Shown in pieces: positions 39,288 to 53,292 of a stretch of 64,000 nt of DNA. The translations under genes were made by a program, and so were the position numbers. The stretch spans positions 52,018,001-52,082,000 of the forward strand of contig NC_043005.1 in NCBI RefSeq assembly GCF_006345805.1, read 5' to 3'. The DNA comes from Octopus sinensis (taxonomy: Eukaryota). Below the pieces are notes generated by a model, which was not told the origin of the DNA, did no database searches, and saw only the letters and a program-made list of their open reading frames with translations. Position 1 is the first letter of the stretch, and every line of letters begins with the position of its first letter.

Positions 39288-39825
39288 GATAGACTTGAGT
39301 GTGTCTATAACTGCGCATAGGTAGACGGCTGTCCTCATATATATTTATTCAACAGTATAAGCAACAACTGCAAAAGCAACGAACAACACCAAAAACAAGA
39401 CTTAATACTCGGATACATATAATCAACATGCTCATCCATGCGCATACCTCTCTGGATTCCACCAGGCCTCCAAGTGTTTTTTTCCGCCATATTGACACTA
39501 TCTCTCAGCTTTGATGCGCACACGTAAACACAAATTCACACTTGGTAGTCATACAGAGGTGAGAGTACTATGAAACACATAAACAAAACCACACATAATT
39601 ATACACAAATGCTGACACGTATATATGCTCACACGTATACATATACACATATAGATATGTAGACAAAGATGACAGACTCGTACACCGGCGCGAATCTATA
39701 CACAAATGAATAGAAATAATAGCATGACGAGTAAATTTTGCCTCTCAATCAGACACGCTCACACTTAAACACACATATTTCTAGTATTTATATACATATA
39801 AACTCATAAACGAAAAGTGAAAAGT

Positions 39826-39888
<63 letters not shown>

Positions 39889-40092
39889 CTGTGTCTGTGT
39901 CTGTGTCTTTGTGAGTATGTATATGTATATATATGTACAATATTTGTAGATACATACAGACGCACACATATATGTATAAAGATAGACTGCGGTAGAGATA
40001 AAGGTATCTATCTGTATATATATTTACGTATCTCTCTCTTTCTTTCCATGCCTGTGTAAGTATGTATATATATATATATATATGTGTGTAAG

Positions 40093-40135
<43 letters not shown>

Positions 40136-40789
40136 AAGTATGTATATATATATATATATATATATACTTATATATACATGTATATATATATATATAAACT
40201 GTAGATTGTCTGTGCGATGAACTATGACTAGGTGAAAAATCAGACACCCGCTGAGATGCTACATACGCAGCCACGCATATTCGCACAGCATTGCATGCAT
40301 ACGCACATCAGAATGAACAAATACAGACGTATAATTATATATATAAATGTGGTTGTTTTGATGACATACCTGTCGAACCATGCCATAAATGAGCGCTTGA
40401 GCGTGTGTTACAAATCGACGAGGGCGGCTAAAACTTTCTAGAACCATCTACATGGCAGTTCTTGGCATCAAATCGTAGGCCTTTTCCAGGTCGTAGAACA
40501 TCAGGAAAAGAGATCTTTGTTGTTCTCTATTATTTTCTCATATTTGTATTTGTTGCAACACCTTTCTTTCTGTACACGAACCTATACTCACACACTTTTC
40601 TGTCGGTGTGATGATTAGATATCGCATAGATTGAGATCATTTCATCTTGTCCAAACTCCACTCATAAAGACCACCCAGTTTCATCTGCATTACCAATGTG
40701 CATTATTTAGACATCAATGCTTTGCCATTTCGTACATATAAGATGCAACGGTCAGTTAATTGCATCTGATCGTTTTGTTTTCATAGTCA

Positions 40790-41230
40790 CCATGCAGAAT
40801 ACCAAACTGCTCGTCCAACTCAATCAAAAAACCTTTTCAGAGTTCAACATCGCCAATTCGAACATTCTTTTGAAACGTACAGATCATTTCTCTTACCTTA
40901 GAAGATTCCAGTCACCGCAAAATCTTTCAGAAGAATGTGGAAAACTGGATTCGTGTTGGCTACTTTGTTTTCATAAACTTCTCTTTTCTCATCTTCTGAA
41001 ACAAAGTCTTAAAACAACGAAGACACTCAAATTGTATCGAACTGCCTCAGTTTCATTCATCCTTTTCGAATATATATCCTTTACATTCCAGACATCAAAG
41101 AATTTCAGGGCATTTGGCTGCAACAGCTTCGATTAATTATGAAAACCAAATGAGAAGCCTATGTTACTAATCTTGTAATGTATGAGAAAACTCAAGCGGT
41201 CGATATGGGAGTAGCTATCATCAAACATTG
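40790..41230 (+). mobile_element. RTE-type LINE ORF C-terminal remnant
   Basis: Broken frames NTKLLVQ..TDHFSYL..LSEE..TLKLYRT resemble the post-RT DxFxYLGS and TKLxLY motifs. Confidence 0.55.
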
Positions 41231-41894
41231 GCTCATGTAAAGGGGCAATATGTGCTGTGTTTGTAACACCAGGTTCACTTGTCAGTTCTTACTTCAAACT
41301 CAATATCAGTCTGCCGTTCGTCCTTCTGTAATTCTGAACAAGTAGTAATTAAATTGGGCTTCAATACCATTTAGTATAAATACGTACCTGTTGTTTACCT
41401 ATCTTCTTCGAAGTTTGATATTTAGGTAAAGTAGGCTATTTTCAGGGATGAAAACTTGCGTGTGCTGACCTCTTCGATTAATTGAATGACGGAAGACGAA
41501 TTTGTTGCTGCTATCTTCGATTATTTACGAGTTAATGCTTCTTACAATAATTGGGATACAATGCTTTGAATGTGTGTCGAACAAAAGATAACAGTTCCTA
41601 GTGGACATTCATGATCGATTCATAACTCAATTTCGTTCAGTTGTAGCTTGAGATAATTGTGGCTCAAGGATTGTGGTGGTAATTCTAAGGAAAATTTACT
41701 TTGCACTCTTTGAAAACTATACTGAGCTTGCTGAGTTTTTCAATGCTGAACCAGATGAAAACAACCAAGCTTTGCCGGTCTGACGCATCATCGCAATAGT
41801 GATGCTCTGCTCATGAATGTATATGATACCTATTCAAAGGTTACACAATTCCACACTTAAATATACACACATGTATACGTAGATTTCGTACACG

Positions 41895-41896
<2 letters not shown>

Positions 41897-41974
<78 letters not shown>

Positions 41975-42037
41975 GCTGTCTGTCTGTCTGTCTCTCTGCC
42001 TGCCTGCCTGTCTGTCTCTCTGTCTGTCTGTCTATCA

Positions 42038-42068
<31 letters not shown>

Positions 42069-42090
42069 ATCTATCTATCTATCTATTTAT
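41897..42090. repeat. (TCTA)n/(TCTG)n microsatellite
   Basis: Directly visible. Confidence 0.95.
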
Positions 42091-42128
42091 TTATCTGCCT
42101 ATCTGTCTGTATGTATATATACGCACAT

Positions 42129-42171
<43 letters not shown>

Positions 42172-42804
42172 TGTACAAATATGCACATATATATTTAAAT
42201 TGGTTGCTGATACCACTTATTCAGATAAATGATTAGTAGAATTTGGAGTGTGCACATTAACTCTTAAGATTATGACTGTGCATTTATTTTAGGCTGTTTA
42301 ACTTGAACCTCACTTTTTGAGCGCTGCCTCCCGAAGCAGAACGGCTGGCATAGTTATAGAACGCTGGGAGCATCAAGATGTAAATCTATTTTTTTTTTTT
42401 TAGTCACATAAATCTTGATTTTTAAGAGAGATGGGCGCTGATCTATGAACACTTTTAGCAATACAATGTAAAGTTGAAATGCAGTGTAATGTTGTCAGTG
42501 ACCAGGTCGTAGTTTCGAGTGACAAAAGTTTTTGATATCACATAACAGACAATACATTTTTAAATGAAGTTATCAAACACTTTGTGTTTCAGATTGTTTA
42601 ACATGTATTATCCACACGGCAATCGTTTTATTTGCAACACACTGTTTCAGACCCAAATCGTTTGCCTGGTCAATACACCTCCGTAATTCCTAGTAATGAA
42701 TTTCTAGGATTTAGTGATGTTGACTTTGGACCACATAGAGGTCTCTCTACTCATTGTCGTGCAAATATCACCTTCGTAGGTGAATATTCTTTCACCGAGG
42801 TTAA

Positions 42805-43025
42805 CCCTTTCGTTACCAACCCGGCTGAAATCGGCTCTGGCTCAGAGTACAAATATCTTGTTTTGTAAGTTTTGAATTAAAATCTTCCACCAAACCTTAG
42901 TCACAGTTTATGCTCCTAACACTATCTTAATGATAACTAAGTTATTTTATTAAATTCTTTGTTATATCTAAAAATTAATTGAAAGAAACATAGAGCATCA
43001 CAAAATAAATGTAGTAATGAAAGGG
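42805..43025. mobile_element. piggyBac-type MITE (221 bp), TTAA TSD
   Basis: TTAA|CCCTTTCGTTAC ... GTAATGAAAGGG|TTAA. Confidence 0.85.
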
Positions 43026-43790
43026 TTAAACATGAAAAATGATATTTGACATGGTTTCATCTGTAACAGGAGGTCATGTGGCTGTCAGGTACCATATCTG
43101 ACGAAACGGCATTATGAACTTATAGAGCTTATAGAAATTCGTATATGTAGAGCCTATTTCTTGAAACCATTCCCTTAACTGCCAGATGAAGAATCACCGG
43201 TGGCAGTCCTCCATCCCAATGTAATCAAAGTGATGTTGTGGTTAGGATTCCTGATTGAATCAAGTCCCATAGACACACACGCATACATACGTGTGCATAC
43301 ATAAACACATACAAATGTACATACATACATACATATATACATAAAATACATACATATATACATGCGTACAACATATATGTATATGAGAGTATATGTACTT
43401 GGGTGTGAATGTGTGTGAGCGAGCGTGTGTGGTGTGCGTGTGTGTGCGTGTGTGTGCGTATGTGTATGTGTGTCTGTAATCACCAGGATTAGCGACTCCA
43501 TTGTGTCTATATTAACTTAAATATGCAATTAGCTGAGGAGTTTAAGAAAAATCAGACAAGGAAAACGGAAAGATTGGTTTACTGTATACATATAGGCGCG
43601 CGCACTCACACACGCGCACACACACAAAATCACACTCTATCAACTGGGTTGGCGCATGGCCATAAATAAATTTTCTTTATGCATTCATATTAATAAGTGA
43701 CGGCTTCATAAGTATATTGGTATGACTATCCATACATGCATACATACATATGTGTATGTATGCATGTGTGCGTGACTGCGTTTGTGTGTA

Positions 43791-43840
<50 letters not shown>

Positions 43841-44324
43841 TATATATGCAGTCACATATCAACATACCCTCGTACTTACATACAAATATGTATATATATT
43901 CATCAATGTGCAGCCATAGAGATAAATTTATATACATATGTAATGATTTATTATTATCTTTATATACATATGCATAGAAATTAGCAGAAATGGTTATACA
44001 TAACTATCCATATCGTTAGATTTTTTTTTATCTATTTATCTATATAAACTTCTATATATATATTTCTTTGTCGCGCAAAGCTCACGCACTTACGTATGTT
44101 AGTGACAGAGTCTGCATATTCAGACACACCAACACATACACAGACACACACACACACACACACACATCCATACACACACACGCATGCACATATTTGAATA
44201 TGTGTATAAAAGCATACATATATCTATAAATAAATATGCATAGAAATACGGAAATGTATGTATGTTTATTTATAAACCTAAATACACGCACGTACACAGA
44301 CACAGACACACATGCATATAAAGG

Positions 44325-44374
<50 letters not shown>

Positions 44375-45344
44375 CATACATACATACATACATACATACA
44401 TACATACTACATACATACATACATACATACATATTTATAACAATGATTAACTGTTTAGCAACAAGTTGCTTCACGACATACCGAAAATTTAGAAATAGCA
44501 GCCAAAAGACCGTTATTTCTTTTCAGTACAAAATATGACTCAATAGATAACAATATCTGTAACTCACATAGGTAAAAAGAAGGAAAATAATGAAATCAAA
44601 CAGTCTTCGATTAATTATGGACGCGTTTCTGGACTAGAATTATAAAAATTAATTTCCTTTGTCAACATATTATTTCGAGAATTTGAAAATGCTGGAATTC
44701 TACCACTATCGGAAGTTTGAAAGTGTTTAGTTAAAAAAAGATTAATTAAATAATCTTTACGTCAATCTGAACCTAGCGATATTTGAACTCAAGAACGTAA
44801 AGACAGATGAAATGGCGTCGTTGAAACTAAACGTTCATTTTATAAATATATTCTTTATTCTTATAGATGAAGCATTAGTCCCTTACTTCGTTACTTACTG
44901 ACATGAAATTTAGTAACATTTTACCTCATAACTCTTCTTCTACAAACTTTTGTTCAATGCGACTAGCAATTCTGAATTCCTCATGCATTTTTCTATCATT
45001 TAAGCCTGACAAAATCGTACTTTTAATTTAAAATTTAAAAAATTATGTTAATTGAAGATGAATAGCTGCTTTACTGCCCCCTTCCTTGAGGTCGCTGTAA
45101 CATCTTTTCTACTGTAAGTTTTTTTCTACTGAACTAAATCTGAAACTATTTATGCCAAAGTGTAGCTGAGGAGGTGTTCTCTTTAAAACTATTAACAGTT
45201 TGCAATTAGTGGCGAAGCTTGGAAGCTGCTGCGATTGACGAAATGGTGAACTTAAGAATATATTCAACCACTACGTGGTTGATATCGTTAGCTCCTACAC
45301 GCATTGTTTTCCCTCCTTGTTTCTCTCCTTGTTTTTTCTGTGTA

Positions 45345-45382
45345 TCTTTCTGTCGAAGAGCGTAGGCTCGAAACGTAAAAGA
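45345..45382 (+). ncRNA. Minimal hammerhead-like motif, family F1 (best copy) in PLE-type repeat ~45300-45478
   Basis: TCTTT-CTGTCGA-A-GAGC-GTAG-GCTC-GAAAC-GTA-AAAGA; 5-bp helix I, 4-bp helix II, ACGT palindrome as helix III; position 6 is U instead of A. Confidence 0.6.
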
Positions 45383-45621
45383 CTTTTTCTATTTCTATTC
45401 CTGAGCGCTATACTAATACATTTGTTTGTTGTACTCCACCTGCCTTCGTCTTTTGTCTATTTTCGTAAACCTTCCCGTTATATATATATATATATCATTA
45501 CAGTTATAGGATGAATAATTATTAATTTAATAGTGAATACATTTTACCAAGTAGCTTCGGTATGGAAAAAAAAAACCCATTATCGGTAAAAACTTATACA
45601 AAAAGTTTTTTATTATTATAA

Positions 45622-45880
45622 ATATAATTAAGGGTTCAGCAACAAGTTGCCTCACCACATACCGAACATTTCGAAATAGCAGTCAAAAATAGCTAATTCT
45701 TTTAACTACAAATATAACTCCACAGACAGCAATACTCGTAACTCTTGTTGCAAATATGAGTTACGAGTATTGTTGTATGTGGAGTTATATTTGTAGTTAA
45801 AAGAATTAGCTATTTCTGACTTCTATTTTAACATCTTCGGTATGTGGTGCGGCAACTTGATGCAAAACCCTTAATTATAT
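45622..45880. repeat. ~260-bp fold-back of a dispersed repeat
   Basis: Arms 45622-45744 and 45758-45880, 13-nt loop; related single-arm copy at ~44450-44570. Confidence 0.85.
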
Positions 45881-46098
45881 ATACAAACCACACTATATTA
45901 TATATGCGTGTATATATATAATATATATATATATATATAAGAGTAAAACAATAATGCGAAAACAAGGTGGAAAAAAGAGTACTCAAATACCAGTGGTAGA
46001 GTAATATGCTTTATTTTAAGCAGCAGAAAATCAACAAAATCTGTTACTCTGAGTTCTCATATATATATATCTATATATATATATATATATATATATGA

Positions 46099-47283
46099 TT
46101 TCCCTCTCTCTCTGTCTCTCTTTCTCTCTCTCTCCTGCAACCTGCTGCTTCTTAAACATTCTGTTGGCCATCGTATCTCGACAACATGTGTCCCCGCTAC
46201 CGAAACGGTAATTATTTCTACGCCAGCTGCTATGTTGTTGTTTCTGTCTCATTTGGTCTAAAGTCGTATGACAACCACGTTATATATATTTTTGTTTATT
46301 CATTACTGTTTTTAATTTCGTTTTCGTCTCTTGTATTTACATCCGTCTTGTGCGTTCACATTCCTGTCTTCTCTACAAGAAATCTAATGCTTACAGCTTA
46401 GTTTTTTTTCTTGGGGCTGGCCGAGTTGGAGCAAATATCAGAATTGAACAGCCGAAATTTGCTATGATGATTCGGTGTCTGACTGAAGATTGAAGGCTTC
46501 GAATGATTTGTCTGTGTTCCGTGTTCGTCCCTTCTGTTTTCACGTTCATTATATATAAAAACATTCATTCTTATATTATTGCGGCGTTACGTGCACCCCC
46601 CCCCCGTTTGTTTGTCCAATTTTAAACCCTGCACGACTTCTATAACACTGTCTTTCCTACCCGCCATTGCTTCTTCACCAAACTTTTTGGCGCCCTCCGA
46701 TTCTTCCCCCCTCTTCCTCCCATCATCCTCCCCTCTTCTCCCATCCTCCTAATCCCTTCTTTCTCCTTTTCTCTTGGTCACTGATTCTGTCCCCTGCTTC
46801 CCCCTCTTTGATTCCCTCTCTCTCTGTCTCTTTTCTCTCTCTCTCCTGAACCTGCTGCTTCTTAAACCATTCTGTTGGCCATCGTATCTCGACCAACATG
46901 TGTCCCCGCTACCGAAACGGTAATTATTTCTACGCCAGCTGCTATGTTGTTGTTTCTGTCTCATTTGGTCTAAAGTCGTATGACAACCACCGTTATATAT
47001 ATTTTTGTTTATTCATTACTGTTTTCAATTTCGTTTTCGTCTCTTGTATTTACATCCGTCTTGTGCGTTCACATTCCTGTCTTCTACCAAGAAATCTAAT
47101 GCTTACAGCTTAGTTTTTTTTCTTGGGGCTGGCCGAGTTGGAGCAAATATCAGAATTGAACAGCCGAAATTTGCTATGATGATTCGGTGTCTGACTGAAG
47201 ATTGAAGGCTTCGAATGATTTGTCTGTGTTCCGTGTTCGTCCCTTCCTGTATTTCACGTTCATTATATATAAAAACATTCATT

Positions 47284-47290
<7 letters not shown>
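46099..47290 (+). repeat. Direct duplication (46099-46578 and ~46810-47290)
   Basis: Same ~480-bp sequence twice, differing mostly by single-base indels, with a pyrimidine-rich spacer. Confidence 0.85.
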
Positions 47291-47322
<32 letters not shown>

Positions 47323-47602
47323 TTGAATAGCCTGTAACAGCGCTATTCATCCTGAGATTGATTGCATCTGTTATAGACGTAGACGTACTATGTGAAAAAC
47401 ACAATAAAGATCGGAATGAGAATAAAAATCTCCCCAGCTACAGCCAGCGAGAAAGCTAGAGATGCCCCGGCTCTGTTGGACTTTTTCGATGACGTCTACT
47501 CGCAGCCGGCCACATGCTTGGACTAGAATTCGTTTTTTCTGATTTGGGAAGCAGTGAATAATGTATACATATATCTATAAATAAATATACATAAAACATA
47601 TG

Positions 47603-47633
<31 letters not shown>

Positions 47634-47919
47634 TGCAAATACCCAGTCGGCTGAATAAAAAATGTGATATATGCAAGTGAGTCTGTAGTAAATTATAATA
47701 GTCATTTCTGTATACAAGTTAATGTAAATACACCTTCCTGTTAGAAAGTCATTCCAGGTTAATTATAATCTGCAAACGAACTTTCGGTAAAATAAGGATT
47801 GAGAATATGTCGAGCGAACAAAAGAAAGCCAGTGGAAAAGAACGTAATCAACTTGTGAAAGGAACAGAGAATTCATGAAACAACATTGATTCGGTTAAAG
47901 AATAGCAAACATATAGTGG

Positions 47920-48830
47920 CTATAATAATTCTGCAAAATGAGGTAATTATGTCAAATTTATTGATACGCTATGCAAATATAATGAATAGCTGAGAGGTTT
48001 TCTCAACAATGCTGCAACTTTTGTGGGCCTGTCAAATTTAATACGAAACGACCTCATAGATTCTGGGTCATATGCTATACGTGAAGAAATTGAAAAAAGG
48101 AGCCCAACATGCAAATTTAATATTTGTAATGAAATCCCTGACAATACCAATTTATGTCAGTTGTCATATGTGTTCCTTTATTCATTGGATAACAAGGTAA
48201 CAAGGTATATGAGTTGTTCTTAAGGTTTGGGAACGTCTCACTTGATAAAACATCAGATGCGCTTTACACATTTGTTATAAAATATGAATGGGAAAGCAAA
48301 CTACTTGCTAAAATTGTAGGTGGCACTACAGTCATGACTGGGATGTTTTAGGCATGCTGTCATCAGTTAAGGGAAAGAAATCAAACTGCTTAATTGTTAT
48401 GGTGTTTTACCTAGTAACTAAATCGAGGTTTATCGAGGTAAACTAACCAAGGTTTATCTGAAGCGGTGCCAATGCATCATTCATGACTTTCTTTCAAGAA
48501 TTATGCAAAAGAAAAAAAAGAAAGAAAAAAGAAAAAGAAAGTAAATTTTAAATAATAATAAAAAATGACCGACTAAAATCTTCCGAAAGTATCTGGCACT
48601 CGGAATTATGCTTAAAGACTAGCAGAAACTGCGTCTGAATGTTAAGAATTTCTTAGTGATATATTGGAAAACAGATTGTGAATTTGAGTGGTATCGAGGA
48701 TAACAATGCAAGTGGACAAGTGGATTTTTGTCAAAGATTATGAAGTCAAAGATTATAAATTTTATTAATTTTCTCTCTTAACCCTTTGAAAAAGAAATCG
48801 GATGCCTCTGATCAAGATTTTCTATTGTTA
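47920..48830 (+). mobile_element. hAT-superfamily transposase remnant (ZMYM1/DUF4371-like)
   Basis: GNYVKFIDTL..FVGLSNLIRNDLI..IREEI..CQLSYV and KLLAK..GGTTVMTG match the GNx..SxxIQNxLI, DExxD..QLS and YDGAxxMSG motifs; many stops. Confidence 0.65.
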
Positions 48831-49584
48831 ATTGCGGAAAGCGGCTTTAATTCACGGTTTTGAAACAACCTTTCTTTATGCTACGAGAAGCGATGACAGC
48901 CCTAGCAACACTTTTGTAAAACGCCAGTTTTTCTGATTTTCTTAATTTTTTAACAGATCTCATCAGATAACTCTTTACAGGGCAAGGATCAAATAATTTC
49001 AGTAATGGATATGGAAACCGTACCTAGAAGAGATACGGAAAATATATAGAAGAAACTGAAGATATCAGTTCTATGTTTTGGTGGATAATTCATATCATTA
49101 GAGTAATGAGTCTGAAATTTAATTACGTCGTCATAGTTTTAAAAGGATTTGCATTTTTTTTTTTCAATTTCAAATATACTATTTGATATAAAACAAGCCA
49201 CAATTTATGATGTGGTGTAGTGTCTAAAAACGAACGATTTTCCCTTGAAGTTGGGGAAAAGATGAACAGAAAAGAGATTGAAAATATTTTGGAAACAGCA
49301 AAGAACTGTTATTACACAAATGAAAACGCACCTCGATTTAAGAAAGGGAACAAAAATATTGAATTGAAGATTTTAAGTAGAAATATTGGAAAAAGTACTT
49401 AACAGTTTAATATCAGATTTTAAAATTTGGATTCATTAAGACTCGTAGAACTTATAAATCTTCATCATTGTGTAAATTTAGAAAGCAATTACACACACAA
49501 TATATATGATTGTCTGTGTGTCTGTGTGTACACATACACATACATACATATCTGTGTATGTATGTGTGTATATAGTGTATATAT

Positions 49585-49618
<34 letters not shown>

Positions 49619-49929
49619 ATATATATATATATATTTATGAATGTATGGATAAATGTATGTATGTATGTATAAAAGAAGATATGAAATTATCTTTCTTTAG
49701 CTGTGAAAGTCGCTAACGATTGGTACAATATTTTATTTACTTTTTCCAATTCTAGGGGAAGATTTAATAAATTGAGAATTTATTTCGTACGGCATTCAGT
49801 ACCTCTCTCCTTAACTTTTGTAAGTATGGAAACATACACAAGAACATATATACATACGTATATACATGCATACATACTTTCATACATACATACATAAATA
49901 CAACTCTAGAGTACTGGAATTAAGGAATT

Positions 49930-50380
49930 ATGTTTTCGTTGAAGAACATCTTTGGCAGGAAATTAGAAAGATACTCAAAAAGTAGTAGTTGTTCGGAGAG
50001 AGGTCAGTGACTTTAACTGTGTGAAATAAAACCGAGTGTATTCAATATCTGTGAAGCAGTTGCAAGATTTAAGGTCGGGTTTGTTTTGGAGAAGTGTTGG
50101 TACTTTTCAATTAACCAATACTGGACGTAAACGTTGCAGATCTTGACGCACTTCATTGATTGTCCGGCAATGCTAATCTCTATGCTGGTTCCATCAGGAT
50201 TCAAGGAATAGTAATGAATGCTTCCACTTGCCAGTCATCAAATTGTGACTGAACATAACGTTCTTTCGATGCAGCGGCAGTTTACTAAAGTGTTTTCCGT
50301 ACTTCATCTTGGTCAGGCGACTGCACAGAATGTTTCGGTTCTTATAAAGAATTCATTTTTCGTCAAATGTCAACATGGAA
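49930..50380 (-). mobile_element. mariner transposase remnant (catalytic domain)
   Basis: Minus strand LTFDEK*ILY, KHFSKLPLHRKNVM, IHYYSLNP, RPVLVN*K, and a frameshifted SPDL-like motif followed by YLSNFL. Confidence 0.8.
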
Positions 50381-50492
50381 GCGAAAACTACAACAAACAA
50401 TAATAAATAGCGAAAGCAAAGCCATTAGCACAAATCAATAGAGAAAACTTTTCGTTGTAAAACGCTACATTATTTAACAAAGGTAAACAAAA

Positions 50493-50908
50493 GGCGCAGG
50501 AGTGGCTGTGTAGTAAGTAGCTTGCTAACCAACCACATGGTTCCGAGTTCAGTCCCACTGCGTGGCATCTTGGGCAAGTGTCTTCTGCTATAGCTCCAGG
50601 CCGACCAAAACCTTGTGAGTGGATTTGGTAGATGGAAACTGAAAGAAGCCTGTCGTATATATGTATATATATATGTATGTATGTGTGTATATGTTTGTGT
50701 GTCTGTGTTTGTCCCCCCAACAAACACAGACAACCGATGCTGGTGTGTTTACGTCCCCGTCAATTAGCGGTTCGGCAAAAGAGACAGATAGAATAAGTAC
50801 TGGGCTTACAAAGAATAAGTCCCGGGGTCGATTTGCTCGACTAAAGGTGGTGCTCCAACATGGCCACAGTCAAATGACTGAAACAAGTAAAAGAGTAAAA
50901 GAGTAAAA
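50493..50908 (+). mobile_element. SINE family B, full length
   Basis: Complete head, core and (GAGTAAAA)n tail. Confidence 0.92.
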
Positions 50909-52137
50909 GTTTACTGCACCGATAGACATAATTTTTTTTTAAATAACAAGACTAACAGTTGATTGTACATCAACTCTCATGATGTCCGTATTACTCTGAC
51001 ATTTTCAACAGTGCTGATGCGAGGTATTCGCAAAACTATCATCCATTGCGCCTAAAAAATATAATAAGCATTAACATATGTCATCAGGAAGAACATTGAT
51101 GCTAATAACAATATGCACAGTATCGTTTATTGTTCTGGTACCAGCAGTTCGTCTGAGGCTGGTGTCATGATATACAAAATCGTAAATTCATGTACACAAT
51201 GTCTTTGCTCGCCGTCGAGTAAAAGTTGTTATTTGTTCTATATGTATACGTAAGTATATATATACACACATACATGCGTACAATCATACATACATACATA
51301 AGTACGTACATACAGACATATATACACATGTGTAAATATATGCATACATATACACATATATATATATATATATATATACATACATACATATATATTAATT
51401 GTGTATATATGCTTACATAAATACATACGTACATACAGAGATACATCCATACAGACATGCACACACAAAATCACACTCACACACGGATAGACAGACACAC
51501 AAACATACACATATTCGTACAGTGCGTCGCAAGTTACACGCTGCAAACTGATGCTCATGATTCGTGAACGACAGTATATACATACATGCATACACACACA
51601 GACACGCACACGCACACACACACACATATATATATAGTGAGAGAGCGAGAAAAAATACGTATACTTATGTATATATATATATATATGTGTGCATCTCTAT
51701 ATATATGCATACATGTATATTGATGTATTTGTATGTGTGTTATGGGAGAAAGCGGGGGAGAGATGCACACGCTCATGTAGATCTCAATATCAATGTGTGT
51801 GTGGTGTGTGTGTGTATGTCTTGTATGCATTTGTATATGTGTTTGTGTTATGCATATACTGACTGATTGACTCCTTGATTAAAAGGTAAAATATTGAAGT
51901 TGACAATAGTAGCTATTAATTACACTCCAGGCTTTCATTTAAATGGAATTAGACATCGTAGGGTAAAACCAGATTTCTCGTTTTAGACAGCATATGGAGA
52001 AAAGAGAGAAAAATGATTTCAGTGCAAGTTCTTCACACACGCAAGTTCTTCACACACACACAAAAACACACACACACACACACGCACACAAACACACACA
52101 CACACACACGCACACACACACACACACACACGCACAC

Positions 52138-52178
<41 letters not shown>

Positions 52179-52204
52179 CATACACACATGCATAACACAC
52201 TGCC

Positions 52205-52550
52205 TGAGTTCCAATCTTGAGAAATTAGGCTTCTCAGCACCAGAAAGGAGAAAGCTGACTACAATCGAAGCCTTCACTGGATCTGTAAAAATCTGTAAAA
52301 CTTTCCAAAATTTTATCATTTAAATATATATGCGCATGTGTAGACATGCAGTTCTGTACATGAAAATGCATACATCAAACAAGACATTCAAGTGTGCATT
52401 TGCACTGACTCCACATACTGCATGCACAGTTATACACACACAAGCAAAACTACCCTGTTGATGTTGAAATTCAAATAAAGGAGCCTTGGATCTATGTTAT
52501 AAATCGCCTCTTGCGCTATAGGCAAGAAATCTTGAAATAAAACTGAATAT
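52205..52550 (+). mobile_element. RLE-type (R4/Dong-like) LINE 3' end with 3' UTR
   Basis: [30 protein letters not shown], then UTR ending GAAATAAAACTG; preceded by (CA)n. Confidence 0.55.
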
Positions 52551-52664
52551 TAACAGACATGCATGAATGCATAAGTACTTACACTGTAGAAAGGATATAT
52601 TTTGACAAACGGTAAGGAATTTGAAGATCCAGCACCCAAGATACACTTTCAACAATGTACGTGC

Positions 52665-52800
52665 TGATCAGCCTAGAGCAAAATATGGCTGAAATTGGGA
52701 TCATGGAATGAGAATACAATTTCCTAATTCATACATGACAAATGATTACAATAGTTAGGACAATAAAAAATCTGCAAGATCTTAAGATTTGAAGAATGAT
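52665..52800 (+). mobile_element. RLE-type LINE C-terminal remnant, second subfamily
   Basis: LEQNMAEIGIME.. similar to 60810-60997. Confidence 0.45.
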
Positions 52801-52883
52801 GAACAAAAAATGTGCTTTCCTTGTCATCCCTGCTACCAAGCAGTTGTCCAGTGAAAAGTAAAAGGAGAAAAATAAAACATACT

Positions 52884-53292
52884 TTTTATTCTTTACTCTT
52901 TTACTTGTTTCAGTCATTTGTCTGTGGCCATGCTGGAGCACCGCCTTCAGTCGAGCAAACCGACCCCATGACTTATTTTTTGTATGACTAGTGCTTATTC
53001 AATCGGTCTCTTTTGCCGAACCGCTAAGTTACGGGGACGTAAACACACCAGCATCGGTTGTCAAGCGATGTTGGGAGGACAAACACAGACACACACACAC
53101 ACACACACAAACACAAACACACACATATATATATATATATAGTTTCAGTTTCCGTCTACCAAATCCACACACAAGGCTTTGGTCGGCCCGAGGCTATAGT
53201 AGAAGACGCTTGTCCAAGGTGCTACTCAGTGTGACTGAACCCGGAACCATGTGGTTGGTAAGCAAGCTACTTACCACACACCCACTCCTACG
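52884..53292 (-). mobile_element. SINE family B, full length
   Basis: Reverse complement of the 50493 copy. Confidence 0.92.

Noticed and set aside
43186-43240. Exon with kinase-like HPNVIK
   Set aside because: Only a 6-residue resemblance, weak GTTAGG donor and no other kinase exons found
44450-45700. Hammerhead in the GCAAC-TT-GTTGC hairpin repeat
   Set aside because: No 3-8 complementary core, GAAA or helix I could be assembled in any copy
46480-46510. CTGAAGA...GAA motif as a hammerhead (also at ~47200)
   Set aside because: Helix II would need a 1-nt loop, A15.1 is missing and there is no helix I partner
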